Below are positions 9,834 through 18,719 of a stretch of 64,000 nt of DNA, piece by piece. The notes beneath the pieces are model-generated. The model searched no databases and was not told the origin of the DNA. It was given only the letters and a program-made list of their open reading frames with translations. A program made the position numbers and the translations under genes. Location of the stretch: contig JAFSTE010000017.1 of the NCBI GenBank assembly GCA_017450645.1, forward strand, positions 23,542 to 87,541, in the 5' to 3' direction. How positions within the stretch are numbered: position 1 is the stretch's first letter; each line of letters opens with the position of its first letter. Source of the DNA: Eubacterium sp. GTDB lineage: Bacteria > Bacillota > Clostridia > Oscillospirales > Acutalibacteraceae.

Positions 9834-10691
9834 TTACGGCTTTAAATTGAGTCCGAGAGTGGTATTGAATACATCATCGGTATGCTCAAACTCGTAATAA
9901 CCGTCGTGCGAGTCGCATATATCCTTAACGACCTGCAAGCCCAGACCGTGATTAGTGCTGTTAGACTTAGAGGTTATGAAATTACCGTTTTTGTCCTTAA
10001 AGATCTTTTTGTAAACGGAATTTGTCTGCTTAATAACCAAAAAATTACCTATCACGCTCGCCTTTAGAACAATCCACTTTGGTTTGTCGGTGTTCGCGTT
10101 AGAGTTAGCGGCAATCGCGTTTTCAATTATGTTACAAAAACAGCTGCAAAGCGAGGTCGATTTAATGCTGATGTCGTTAGGTATTTGCACGCCGCACGAA
10201 AAGCTGATACCCTTCAGTTCCGCCTCGCTTGCCATTTTGTTAAGAATGATATTTAAAAGCTTATTATCGCAAAAATGCTTGCCCGCATAATAGTTAACCT
10301 TGTTATCAAGTCTGACCGTTTCGTCGTTAAATTTTGCGGTTGACTCGGTTTCGTCGCCGATTACGCTCAGAAAGTTTCTCATTTCGTGGCGAAGCTTATG
10401 AAGTTCGTCGCTGCTTGACTCAAGAAAATCGTAATACTCTAAAACGGTCTGAATCTCGTTTTCAAGAAAGCTTACTTCATACTTAGTGAGCATATAGTTT
10501 TTATTAAACATAATAATCATGCCCAGCAGCAGAACAAACACAACTATACATATAATCAGTACCGCAGCGGTCTGCGCCCTGATTAAGTCCGTCTTATAAC
10601 ACACAATAACGGGAACAAGCATAGCCATTATCACTACGATAACAGCACCGATGTTCTTTATCAAAAAAGACCAAAACGCTCTTCTTTTCAA
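9834..10691 (-). CDS. small 2-TM sensor histidine kinase of the LytTR-partner (AgrC/HPK10-like, GHKL ATPase) type
   Basis: Two N-terminal TM helices with a tiny extracellular loop. H-box-like LRHEMRNFL. C-terminal GHKL ATPase motifs (NHGLGLQVVKDI ... ). TTG start with AAGGGTG RBS. Immediately downstream of the LytTR regulator. Confidence 0.7.
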   Translation of the reverse strand: MKRRAFWSFLIKNIGAVIVVIMAMLVPVIVCYKTDLIRAQTAAVLIICIVVFVLLLGMIIMFNKNYMLTKYEVSFLENEIQTVLEYYDFLESSSDELHKLRHEMRNFLSVIGDETESTAKFNDETVRLDNKVNYYAGKHFCDNKLLNIILNKMASEAELKGISFSCGVQIPNDISIKSTSLCSCFCNIIENAIAANSNANTDKPKWIVLKASVIGNFLVIKQTNSVYKKIFKDKNGNFITSKSNSTNHGLGLQVVKDICDSHDGYYEFEHTDDVFNTTLGLNLKP

Positions 10692-10703
10692 TTAATTCAC
10701 CCT

Positions 10704-11414
10704 TTACATCTTTTGCCCCAAGTATCTTAAAAACGCCTGCTTAACATCGGCGTATTTTGAACGGCTTACCGGGACAAGCTCGCCGCTGTAAAGATTAGCA
10801 CCGTCAATCGTAAGCTCTCTTATATGGTCGAGATTTACAACATACGACTGATGGCATCTGACAAAGTTCTCGGGCAGCTGCTCCTCGAACTTGCCAAGCT
10901 TCATATGCACCTCAAAATCAAGGTTTTTCTCTCTTATAATAAGTGTTCTGTTGCGGTTTTCGATATATCTTATCTGCGACAGCTGAAGGTTACGGATTTC
11001 GCCTCTTGAAACAATGGAGATACATCTTTGTCTGTCCTCTTTGATAAGCGAAACCGCCTTGTCAAGCGCCTGGATAAGTCTGCCCTCGTCAATCGGCTTT
11101 ACTAAAAAGAAGCAGGGCTCCGCCTCGAAAATATCCCGTGCGTAATCTATGTAACCCGTAATAAAAATAACCTTTATGTGCGGGTATCTTTGTTTAATCT
11201 GTTCTGCGATGTCAATCCCGTTGTCGTCGCCGAGGTCAATGTCGATTAAAAGAATATCAACATTACCCTTTGCGGTATCAAAGACATAGTCAAGCAAGCT
11301 GAAGCTCGTCTGAAAGGTCACTATATTAATATCCGAAAAATAGTTTTCGCGCACTATTTTTTCGAGATAATTAGTTATTTCGTGATTGTCGTCGCACGCT
11401 ACAACTTTATACAT
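10704..11414 (-). CDS. LytTR-family response regulator (AgrA/LytR-like)
   Basis: Receiver domain (VVACDDN ... LLIDIDLGDDNG ... VIFITGY) plus LytTR DNA-binding domain (FVRCHQSYVVNLDHI). ATG with RBS. Confidence 0.88.
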   Translation of the reverse strand: MYKVVACDDNHEITNYLEKIVRENYFSDINIVTFQTSFSLLDYVFDTAKGNVDILLIDIDLGDDNGIDIAEQIKQRYPHIKVIFITGYIDYARDIFEAEPCFFLVKPIDEGRLIQALDKAVSLIKEDRQRCISIVSRGEIRNLQLSQIRYIENRNRTLIIREKNLDFEVHMKLGKFEEQLPENFVRCHQSYVVNLDHIRELTIDGANLYSGELVPVSRSKYADVKQAFLRYLGQKM

Positions 11415-11440
11415 ACTTGCTCCCCGGAGTAGGTCGGTGA

Positions 11441-12412
11441 CTACTCGTAAATATCGTAGTCGCCGTATTCTTCGTAATCTTCATCGTAGCCATCGGCATT
11501 CGATTCCGTAAGGTAGTCAGCGTGTACCCAGCCGACCTTGCTGCCCCATTTTACGAAGTACCACATAGTGTTTGTGTCGTCGTATTCGTAGGCATACGCT
11601 TCTACGGTTTCGCCGTCTTGAATCTGGGCAATCTCTTCATACTCGGTAGAAGGGCCTGTCCTCATGCTAAGAAAAGTCTTAACATTTACATCAAAATCGC
11701 CTATGTAGCTCTCCTCGGGATAAACAGGCTCTAAGCCCTTAATAACTTCAATGGTAATGTATGTATATACCCGCTCGCCTTGAAAGTTTATGCCTGCGGC
11801 TTCTGCCCAAAGCACTGTTTTTCCTTCGGTTAGGCCCGTAACTGTACACTCGCCGGATTCTGCGTCAAAATCAATATTTATAACGCTGCTGTCGTCAGCT
11901 TCCCAATAAACCTTTTTGTTCGTTGCACCGTCCGGCTCAAGTGTTACATAAACTAACTGTGTTTCGTTCTCCTTAAGCTCAAGGTGCTCTGTGCTCGGGG
12001 TTAAAGACACAACCGGAACAAATCCTTCTATGTTTTGAGCTTCCTCGGCGTCGGTATCGTTATACGAAGCGAGAATGTCAGGCTTAGAAAGCGAAGTTTC
12101 CTCCTGCTGCGTAGCGCTGTTCACCTGCGCCTTTTCAACTCCGGTGCCGGTGTCGTTATGACCCGACAGTTGAGTCACCAGAAGCGTAATAACAAGACCG
12201 ATTATAATAACAACTATAGATACTATCGCAATTACTAAAATCTTAGAGCTTCTTTCGATGCTTTTCTTTTCTTCCTTTGCAGTTTTAGAGCTGACCGCGC
12301 CGGCAGTATTGCCAACCGAATACGCGCCGTCGTTAAAAAGGCTGCCGCATCTTGAACATATCGTCGCGCTGTCAAAATTAGTTGAACCGCATTTGCTGCA
12401 TATCTTACTCAT
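11441..12412 (-). CDS. membrane protein with N-terminal double-CxxC zinc ribbon, single TM, extracellular domain and C-terminal SH3b-like domain
   Basis: MSKICSKCGSTNFDSATICSRCG zinc ribbon. TM ILVIAIVSIVVIIIGLVITLLV. C-terminal WYFVKWGSKVGWVHADYL. The ATG at 12412 with GGGGAG RBS is preferred over the track start at 12553. Confidence 0.7.
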   Translation of the reverse strand: MSKICSKCGSTNFDSATICSRCGSLFNDGAYSVGNTAGAVSSKTAKEEKKSIERSSKILVIAIVSIVVIIIGLVITLLVTQLSGHNDTGTGVEKAQVNSATQQEETSLSKPDILASYNDTDAEEAQNIEGFVPVVSLTPSTEHLELKENETQLVYVTLEPDGATNKKVYWEADDSSVINIDFDAESGECTVTGLTEGKTVLWAEAAGINFQGERVYTYITIEVIKGLEPVYPEESYIGDFDVNVKTFLSMRTGPSTEYEEIAQIQDGETVEAYAYEYDDTNTMWYFVKWGSKVGWVHADYLTESNADGYDEDYEEYGDYDIYE

Positions 12413-12589
12413 TGTATCTCCCCTCAAAAAAATTAAAATTCCAGAATAATTATAATAAAATATATTATAACTATAACATATTATTACAAAAAATGCACCT
12501 GAAATGTCAAAAAATGCAGAAACGAATATCAACAACCATTTGTTACAACTCAATTATAACCGCATTTTCTTGTGATTTACTCGATATTC

Positions 12590-12617
12590 TGACGAACGGA
12601 CTGTTTTTGGTGACGAA
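12590..12617 (+). promoter_or_regulatory. two TGACGAA (Spo0A 0A-box consensus TGNCGAA) motifs ~200 bp upstream of spo0A
   Basis: TGACGAA at 12590..12596 and 12611..12617. Assignment as functional 0A boxes is inference only. Confidence 0.3.
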
Positions 12618-12820
12618 ATGAATATTTTTACCCTTTTGTGCATCGAAAATGTTAAATTTTTATAGTCTTTTGTTTATAAAAACGGCGCAAAAAGGGCAAT
12701 AATTACCAAATGTGTTAATTTTACACATTATTTTGGTTAAATTTGTTGCATTATTGAAAAGAATGTGGTAAAATCAGTTGCAGTAGTACTACCACTTAAA
12801 TAATTCAAGGAGGAAAAAGT

Positions 12821-13579
12821 ATGAAAAGCAACAGAATTATACTTGTTGCTGATGATACGGAGGAGATTGGAAGAGAATGTGAAAAGGAGCTTAAGGCGCT
12901 CGGCTACACGGTTTTCGTGTGTAAGCGCGAGGGCGACGAGGTCATAAAAAATGTCGAAAGCCGTCATTTTGACGCGATACTTATTGATGTTTTTATGGCG
13001 GGGAGCGATGGTATCGAGGTAATTAAACACATTAACGATAACATCTCGCAAAAGCCGCTTATTTTCACGATGTCCGGCGTAAAGGAACAGAGCTTTGAGG
13101 ACGAGGTTATCCAAAGCGGCTCTAATTTTCATTTTATCAAGCCCATTAAGCCAAAGCTCGTTGCTGCAAGAATTAATCAGTTTTTGAGTCAGAACGGCGC
13201 TAATTCTGTCTCGAATGCTGCTAACAGTCTTGAGGCTCTTGTGTCGGATATTATGCGCCAAATCGGCGTGCCCGCACACATAAAGGGGTATCAGTACCTC
13301 AGAACATCCATCATTCTTTGTGTCAAAGACAAAAGCATGTTAAGTTCTGTTACAAAAATACTCTATCCCACCGTTGCAAAGGAATATTCAACCACTGCAA
13401 GCAGGGTTGAAAGAGCTATCCGCCACGCCATAGAGGTCGCTTGGAGCAGGGGTGATGTAGATGTATTGTCGTCGTTTTTCGGCTATACAATTCAAGCGGA
13501 ACGCGGTAAACCGACAAACAGCGAATTTATCGCTATGATTGCCGACAAAATATCGCTCGAGTTTAAAATTACGGCTTGA
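12821..13579 (+). CDS. spo0A: sporulation master regulator Spo0A (receiver domain + Spo0A_C DNA-binding domain)
   Basis: C-terminal hallmarks [14 protein letters not shown] ... [30 protein letters not shown] ... [29 protein letters not shown] are near-consensus Spo0A_C. N-terminal CheY-like receiver (ILVADD ... [12 protein letters not shown]). AGGAGGAAAAAGT ATG RBS. Confidence 0.88.
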   Translation: MKSNRIILVADDTEEIGRECEKELKALGYTVFVCKREGDEVIKNVESRHFDAILIDVFMAGSDGIEVIKHINDNISQKPLIFTMSGVKEQSFEDEVIQSGSNFHFIKPIKPKLVAARINQFLSQNGANSVSNAANSLEALVSDIMRQIGVPAHIKGYQYLRTSIILCVKDKSMLSSVTKILYPTVAKEYSTTASRVERAIRHAIEVAWSRGDVDVLSSFFGYTIQAERGKPTNSEFIAMIADKISLEFKITA

Positions 13580-13602
13580 TGTATCAGCTAAACAAACAAT
13601 TT

Positions 13603-13635
13603 AGGGCAGACCGAGTCTGCCCTAATACCCTTTAG
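13603..13635 (+). terminator. hairpin terminator after spo0A
   Basis: AGGGCAGACCGAGTCTGCCCT 8-bp stem immediately after the stop. The downstream U-run is weak. Confidence 0.5.
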
Positions 13636-13676
13636 AAAAAAATATATAAAATTTTTAAAATAATCGCAATTAACCC

Positions 13677-13705
13677 TTGCAAACTGCGAAAAGATATGTT
13701 ATAGT
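13677..13705 (+). promoter_or_regulatory. sigma-A type promoter for tRNA-Gln (TTGCAA-17 nt-TATAGT)
   Basis: -35 TTGCAA at 13677..13682, 17-nt spacer, -10 TATAGT at 13700..13705, about 20 nt upstream of the tRNA 5' end. Confidence 0.6.
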
Positions 13706-13725
13706 ATCACTTGCAAAAGCGACAT

Positions 13726-13799
13726 AGAGGTATAGTGTAACGGTAACACTCCGGACTCTGACTCCGTCATTTAAGGTTCGAATCCTTATACCTCTGCCA
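13726..13799 (+). tRNA. tRNA-Gln (anticodon CUG)
   Basis: Hand-folded cloverleaf. Acceptor AGAGGTA/TACCTCT, G73, encoded CCA. D-stem GTGT/ACAC. Anticodon loop CUCUGAC (U33, anticodon CUG, A37). T-arm TAAGG-TTCGAAT-CCTTA. One C-U mismatch at the 27-43 pair. Confidence 0.8.
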
Positions 13800-13802
13800 A
13801 AA

Positions 13803-13835
13803 GCAGGACTATCCGCAAGGATAGTCCTTAACTTT
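13803..13835 (+). terminator. hairpin terminator after tRNA
   Basis: AGGACTATCCGCAAGGATAGTCCT hairpin followed by TAACTTTT. A second hairpin AAATCCGTCC..GGACGGATTTTT lies at 13871..13900. Confidence 0.55.
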
Positions 13836-14087
13836 TGCCCAAAACGCCCGAAAACACTGCAATAAAGCCAAAATCCGTCCTTTCACAAGGACGGATTTTT
13901 ACCTTTTCAGTGACTCTCAGAGACGCCGACAGACCATAATTATCACAATTTTCAACAGCTGTCCACGGCGGCTCAGGGCGATTTTTTGAGTGACTCTTGA
14001 GTGACTGTTTCTGCTAAACATTGACAGATTGATACTGATTTGAAAATATGTTATTATAGTGGTGAGAATAATTTGAGGTTTCTAATT

Positions 14088-15962
14088 ATGGAAAAAAAGA
14101 AAACACTTGCAACTGAATATCCAGATATCGCAAAAGAGTGGCATCCAACTAAAAACGGAACACTAAAGCCGAATGAAGTCACTATTGGAAGCCATAAAAA
14201 AGTATGGTGGCTTGGTTTGTGCGGTCACGAGTGGCAAGCGGAAATAAAATCAAGATGTCGTGGCAATGGCTGTCCATATTGTTCGGGTAGATTTGCAATT
14301 AAAGGTGAAAATGATTTACAAACGCTTAACCCTGATTTAGCAAAAGAATGGAATTATGATAAGAATAAAGAATTAACCCCTATAGACGTATTGCCTAAAA
14401 GTGGTAGAAAAGTTTGGTGGAAGTGTAGCAACGGACATGAGTGGCAATCTTCAATAAGTAGCAGAAGCAATGGGAACGGATGTCCATACTGCTCGGGGCA
14501 GAGAGTTTTAATAGGCTTCAATGATTTAAGAACACTTAATCCAACATTGGCTAATGAATGGGACTATGAAAGAAACGGCAATTTAAAACCTGAAGATGTA
14601 ACGATAAATAACGGAAAGAAAGTATGGTGGATTTGTAGCAAAGGGCACGAGTGGCAAGCAAAAATTTATCACAGAAATAGCGGGAGTGGTTGCCCTGTCT
14701 GTCATTCTGAGCGAAACACATCACTCCCCGAATTCGCCCTTTTATACTATTTGAAAAAAACTGGATTAGAGGTTATTCATTCATATAAGGAAGATGGTTA
14801 TGAATTAGATATCTTTATCCCTACTTTACATATTGCGATTGAGTTCGATGGATATTTTTGGCATAAAAATAAAACACAGAATGATTTAGAAAAGAATCGT
14901 CAATGTGAAAAGGATGGAATAAAACTATATAGAATCCGAGAGGGTTTGCCATCGCTAGACGATAGTTCTATTGATTACATTATTCAAAAAGATCATAAAG
15001 ATTTATCAATAGCAATCGAAAGAATTGTAAGTGATATTTTTGGCTTAAACATCGATGTTAATCTTGAAAGAGACACAATTGCTATAGAAAATTTGCGAGA
15101 GTATACGGAAAAGGGAAACTCGTTATTCTTTCTCAATCCAGAAATAGCAAATGAATGGAATTATATAAGAAACGGAAACTTAAAACCGGAATTCTTTGCA
15201 TCAAACAGCGGAAAAAAGGTTTGGTGGAAGTGTAGCAAAGGACATGAATGGCAAGCAACAATTCAGAGCAGAAATAAAGGGTGCGGATGTCCTTTTTGTG
15301 CTGGAAAAAAAGCAATCAAAGGTGAAAACGATTTGCAAACGGTTAACCCAGAATTAGCAAGTGAGTGGAATTACGAGAAAAATAATGGATTAACACCTTT
15401 TGATGTTTTGCCAAATAGCGAAAAAAAGGTTTGGTGGAAATGTCAAAAGGGACACGAATGGCAATCAATGATTGGCAACAGAAACAAAGGACAAAGATGC
15501 CCCTATTGTTCAGGAAGAAGAGTCTTAAAAGGTTTTAACGATCTTCAAACTGTTCACCCTAGTTTGGCAATAGAGTGGAACTATGAAAAAAACAGCGGTA
15601 TTAAACCTACGGATGTGACAGCAGGCTCGAATAAAAAAGTATGGTGGAGATGTGAAAAAGGGCACGAATGGCAAGCAAAGGTATGCGATAGATTTAGGGG
15701 AACAGAATGTCCATATTGTGCAGGTAACAAGGTGTTAAAAGGTTTTAACGATTTACAAACAGTTAACCCAACGCTATCATTGGAATGGAATTACGATAAA
15801 AATGGCGAATTAACACCCGAGGATATAACAGCCAATAACAATAAAAAAGTATGGTGGAAATGCCAAAAAGGGCATGAGTGGCAAGCAACGATATACAATA
15901 GGAACAAAGGAACTGGTTGTCCTGTTTGTAGAAGGCAAAAGGTAAAAGCCAATAAAAACTAG
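14088..15962 (+). CDS. treble-clef zinc-ribbon repeat protein (8 DUF4379-like repeats) with embedded DUF559/Vsr-like (PD-(D/E)xK-fold) endonuclease-like domain
   Basis: Eight ~48-aa repeats of the pattern EWNYEKNGxLxPxDV..KKVWWKCxKGHEWQAxIxxRxxGxGCPYCSG (3 before and 5 after the core). Central core DIFIPTLHIAIEFDGYFWHKN...RQCEKDGIKLYRI matches the DUF559 motif. ATG at 14088 with TGAGGT RBS and upstream TTGACA..TATTAT promoter-like sequence. Confidence 0.75.
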   Translation: MEKKKTLATEYPDIAKEWHPTKNGTLKPNEVTIGSHKKVWWLGLCGHEWQAEIKSRCRGNGCPYCSGRFAIKGENDLQTLNPDLAKEWNYDKNKELTPIDVLPKSGRKVWWKCSNGHEWQSSISSRSNGNGCPYCSGQRVLIGFNDLRTLNPTLANEWDYERNGNLKPEDVTINNGKKVWWICSKGHEWQAKIYHRNSGSGCPVCHSERNTSLPEFALLYYLKKTGLEVIHSYKEDGYELDIFIPTLHIAIEFDGYFWHKNKTQNDLEKNRQCEKDGIKLYRIREGLPSLDDSSIDYIIQKDHKDLSIAIERIVSDIFGLNIDVNLERDTIAIENLREYTEKGNSLFFLNPEIANEWNYIRNGNLKPEFFASNSGKKVWWKCSKGHEWQATIQSRNKGCGCPFCAGKKAIKGENDLQTVNPELASEWNYEKNNGLTPFDVLPNSEKKVWWKCQKGHEWQSMIGNRNKGQRCPYCSGRRVLKGFNDLQTVHPSLAIEWNYEKNSGIKPTDVTAGSNKKVWWRCEKGHEWQAKVCDRFRGTECPYCAGNKVLKGFNDLQTVNPTLSLEWNYDKNGELTPEDITANNNKKVWWKCQKGHEWQATIYNRNKGTGCPVCRRQKVKANKN

Positions 15963-15984
15963 TATTATTGAGTATAAAAGTATT

Positions 15985-17052
15985 ATGAAATCAAAAGAAC
16001 TAAAATCAGAATTCACCTTTCAAATTGATGAAAAGCACTATATTAAGCATAACTATTTATCATTTTGTAATGATGTTTTAGTTGACTTATTGAGATTTGC
16101 AGATGCTAATAAACTTACTAACGAAACTATAAAATTTGCCAACAAAAATGATTGTTATGTATTCAATAAAGTCAGTGAAGAAAACGGCGATTGGCAAGAA
16201 TGGCTACTAAATAATGGATACAAAGATACTTTATATAACAGTTATTATAAGCATGTGTTTTTCTCTTTAGTTAGTGACTTTTGCAGTTATATGCTGGAAT
16301 CAATTAATTGTGCAGCTAAAATGAAAGTTGCTGTTTCTTATGCTCTGCTTAGAAAACCATTAAAAGATACTCTTGGATTCATTGAATGGCTTTATTTAGA
16401 TAAAAAAGAAGTTATAGATTTACTTGTTTACGGTGACCCGAAAAACATGGAAATAAAGCGAGATAAAGCAAAGGAACGTACAACTGCTATTGAAAAAATC
16501 AGAGGTTATGATGGTTTTTACAGTTTCAGATATGATAATAAAAGTAAAACAAGTTTAGAACATATATGGAATAATGCCAACCATTTAATTACTACTTGGA
16601 ATACATTATCTAAAACTAAAAAGGGAAATCTGAACTTTGTTTTTGCTGATGAAACCATTCTTAGAGAGTTTTCTGATTACTATTATCTTGTCGTTCCTGC
16701 TATTATGATGTATGCTACAGATTTGATATGTGACATGTTTGAAAACATGGGATATATCAACATTTATACGCAAATGATAAATAAAACCAATAGAGTTTTA
16801 AAATCGTCCTTTGTTACAGGGATAGATGGGGTTTCTCATGTGTTGGATAATCTGGATAATTTGACGGTGCCGATAGTATGTCCGCGTTGTGGTTTAAAAA
16901 AGCAAATCTCCGCGAATCACCTAAAAAAGATTCAGTATGGAAAATTTCGCTGTCCCCGTTGCAGGAAAAGGATTAACACAAATCGCTACATTTTTGAATG
17001 GGAAAAAGTTAAAATAATTGATACTATCAACAAGGATGGAAAGGAAAAATAG
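15985..17052 (+). CDS. hypothetical protein of the island, C-terminal CPRCG...CPRC zinc ribbon
   Basis: 355-aa AT-rich ORF 22 nt downstream of the previous gene. No recognisable catalytic motif by eye. C-terminus VCPRCGLKKQ...FRCPRCRKR. Confidence 0.6.
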   Translation: MKSKELKSEFTFQIDEKHYIKHNYLSFCNDVLVDLLRFADANKLTNETIKFANKNDCYVFNKVSEENGDWQEWLLNNGYKDTLYNSYYKHVFFSLVSDFCSYMLESINCAAKMKVAVSYALLRKPLKDTLGFIEWLYLDKKEVIDLLVYGDPKNMEIKRDKAKERTTAIEKIRGYDGFYSFRYDNKSKTSLEHIWNNANHLITTWNTLSKTKKGNLNFVFADETILREFSDYYYLVVPAIMMYATDLICDMFENMGYINIYTQMINKTNRVLKSSFVTGIDGVSHVLDNLDNLTVPIVCPRCGLKKQISANHLKKIQYGKFRCPRCRKRINTNRYIFEWEKVKIIDTINKDGKEK

Positions 17053-17064
17053 TTATCATTTTGT

Positions 17065-17100
17065 AAAAGGCAACGGATTACTCCGTTGCCTTTCTCTTTT
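17065..17100. terminator. bidirectional hairpin terminator
   Basis: AAAAGGCAACGGATTACTCCGTTGCCTTTTCTCTTTT sits between the convergent island gene and the integrase remnant. Confidence 0.65.
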
Positions 17101-17350
17101 ACGCCATCTGAGACAGTTCTTCTTTTTCGTTCGCGTAGTCGGCTAGGCGCTTGCGGTTTTGCTCGAACACCTCGTCTACCATATGCGTATAGATTTTTGC
17201 TGTTACAGATATGTCGCTGTGTCCCATCAGTTCCTTCGCCACATTCAACGGCACTCCCGCTGCCTGACAGTCGGTGCAGAACGTATGCCTTAGCAGGTAG
17301 GGCTCCAGGTCGGGAGCCAGCACGCTTTCTACAATCTGATTGCGGTACAC
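17099..17350 (-). pseudogene. C-terminal fragment (~83 aa) of a phage-type tyrosine recombinase/integrase; truncated remnant
   Basis: Contains catalytic box LRHTFCT ... GHSDISVTAKIYTH (R-H-x-x-H-Y motif region). An in-frame stop lies 6 codons upstream of the GTG, and no N-terminal integrase sequence appears in any frame upstream. Confidence 0.7.
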
Positions 17351-17471
17351 CTTTGCGCCGTTTCCTCGTCAAAACCCGCTTTGGATATGTTGACAAGGGT
17401 TAATTTATTTGATACTATTCAATTATTAAAATGTGTATGCATTTGTCCCGCGCTTAAAAGGAGATGTTTAT

Positions 17472-18605
17472 ATGAATTATCGCGATTTCGGCAATACCGG
17501 CGAAAAGATTTCCGCTCTGGGTTTTGGCTGTATGCGACTGCCCGAATACGAAAAGGACGGCAAGCACTTTATCGTTCAGGATAAGGTGGACGAAATGCTC
17601 ACCTTTGCGTATGAAAACGGCGTGAACTATTTTGACACTGCGCCGCACTACTGTAACCACAACAGCGAAGCTGCCGTAGGTCGCGCGGTTAAGGGCTTTC
17701 GCGATAAAATACTTATCTCCACCAAGTGCCCGATGGACGACGATTTAACGCCCGACAAGTATCGCAGGCTGCTTGAAAGAAGTCTTACACGCCTTGATAC
17801 GGACCACATTGATTTTTATCATTTCTGGGGTATCGGCAGAAAGCAGTTCGAGAACCTTATTTTAAAGAACAATCTTCTCGAAGCGGCGGCAAGAGCTAAG
17901 GAAGAGGGGCTTATTCGTCACATTTCGTTCTCGTTCCACGACGACCCAAGCGTGATTAAGCAAATTGTTGACACCTCGGAAAAAGAGGGCGTTAAGATGG
18001 AGTCAATGCTCTGTCAGTACAACCTGCTCGACCGCTCTAACGAGGAAATGATAAAGTATGTTAACGAAAAGGGGCTCGGCACAATCGCTATGGGTCCCGT
18101 AGGCGGCGGAAGGCTCTCAGCGCCCACCGACCTTTATAACAAGCTAACGGGCAAGCCCGCTATCGCGACCTACGAGCTGGCGTTTAAATTCTGTCTCGGT
18201 AATCCTAATCTTAACTGCGCGCTATCGGGTATGCAGGATATTGATATGGTACGCAAAAACATTAAGGTTGCAAGCGACGACACCGCCTTTTCGGAGGACG
18301 AGTGGCATCAGCTCGGCAAGGCGATTGAGGAGATTAAAAAGTTTTCGGAGCTTTACTGCACCGGCTGTAAATACTGTCAGCCCTGCCCAAAAGAGATTAA
18401 CATCCCCAAGCTTTTTGAGATGTACACCTACTACAATGTTTACGGCTTAAAGGACCACGCTAAGCATATGATGCAGGAATACATTAAAAAGGACGGCAAA
18501 ACCTATGAGCACTGTATCGACTGCGGCGCGTGCGAAAAGAAGTGCCCGCAGCACCTTAAAATCCGCGAAAATCTCGATATGGTCTGCAAGCTCCTTTGCG
18601 ATTAA
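17472..18605 (+). CDS. aldo/keto reductase family oxidoreductase with C-terminal 4Fe-4S ferredoxin-type cysteine cluster
   Basis: MNYRDFGNTGEKISALGFGCMRL AKR N-terminus. C-terminal CTGCKYCQPCP and CIDCGACEKKCP motifs. AAAGGAG RBS and TTGACA-17-TACTAT promoter upstream. Confidence 0.85.
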   Translation: MNYRDFGNTGEKISALGFGCMRLPEYEKDGKHFIVQDKVDEMLTFAYENGVNYFDTAPHYCNHNSEAAVGRAVKGFRDKILISTKCPMDDDLTPDKYRRLLERSLTRLDTDHIDFYHFWGIGRKQFENLILKNNLLEAAARAKEEGLIRHISFSFHDDPSVIKQIVDTSEKEGVKMESMLCQYNLLDRSNEEMIKYVNEKGLGTIAMGPVGGGRLSAPTDLYNKLTGKPAIATYELAFKFCLGNPNLNCALSGMQDIDMVRKNIKVASDDTAFSEDEWHQLGKAIEEIKKFSELYCTGCKYCQPCPKEINIPKLFEMYTYYNVYGLKDHAKHMMQEYIKKDGKTYEHCIDCGACEKKCPQHLKIRENLDMVCKLLCD

Positions 18606-18612
18606 TTGTTAA

Positions 18613-18645
18613 ACGCTCTCCTGAATTCGGAGGGCGTTTTTGCTT
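18613..18645 (+). terminator. rho-independent terminator after AKR gene
   Basis: AACGCTCTCCTGAATTCGGAGGGCGTT hairpin followed by TTTTGCTTTTG. Confidence 0.7.
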
Positions 18646-18719
18646 TTGATTGTAATGCAGGGGGGTATATGGTATAATATATACATCTTATTTTAATTGT
18701 TTAACTTTGGAGAAACGGT

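Larger units (their letters stand above)
13800..17400 (+). mobile_element. AT-rich genomic island inserted next to tRNA-Gln, ending at a truncated tyrosine-integrase remnant; carries two plus-strand genes of foreign composition
   Basis: Base composition of 14040..17052 is visibly A+T-rich compared with flanking ~50-55% GC genes. tRNA gene on the left edge. C-terminal fragment of a phage-type integrase on the right edge. No intact recombinase and no obvious att direct repeat were found. Confidence 0.55.

Noticed and set aside
12737-13279. 180-aa minus-strand ORF
   Set aside because: Antisense to spo0A, which has near-consensus Spo0A_C motifs.
13900-14010. Three AGTGACTCT motifs upstream of the island's first gene as att site or operator
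   Set aside because: Too short and degenerate to call. No match to the tRNA 3' end that would indicate an attL/attR duplication.
17099-17350. Possibility that the integrase is functional
   Set aside because: Only about 83 C-terminal residues are present. An in-frame stop lies 6 codons upstream, and no N-terminal domain appears in any frame. Treated as a remnant.
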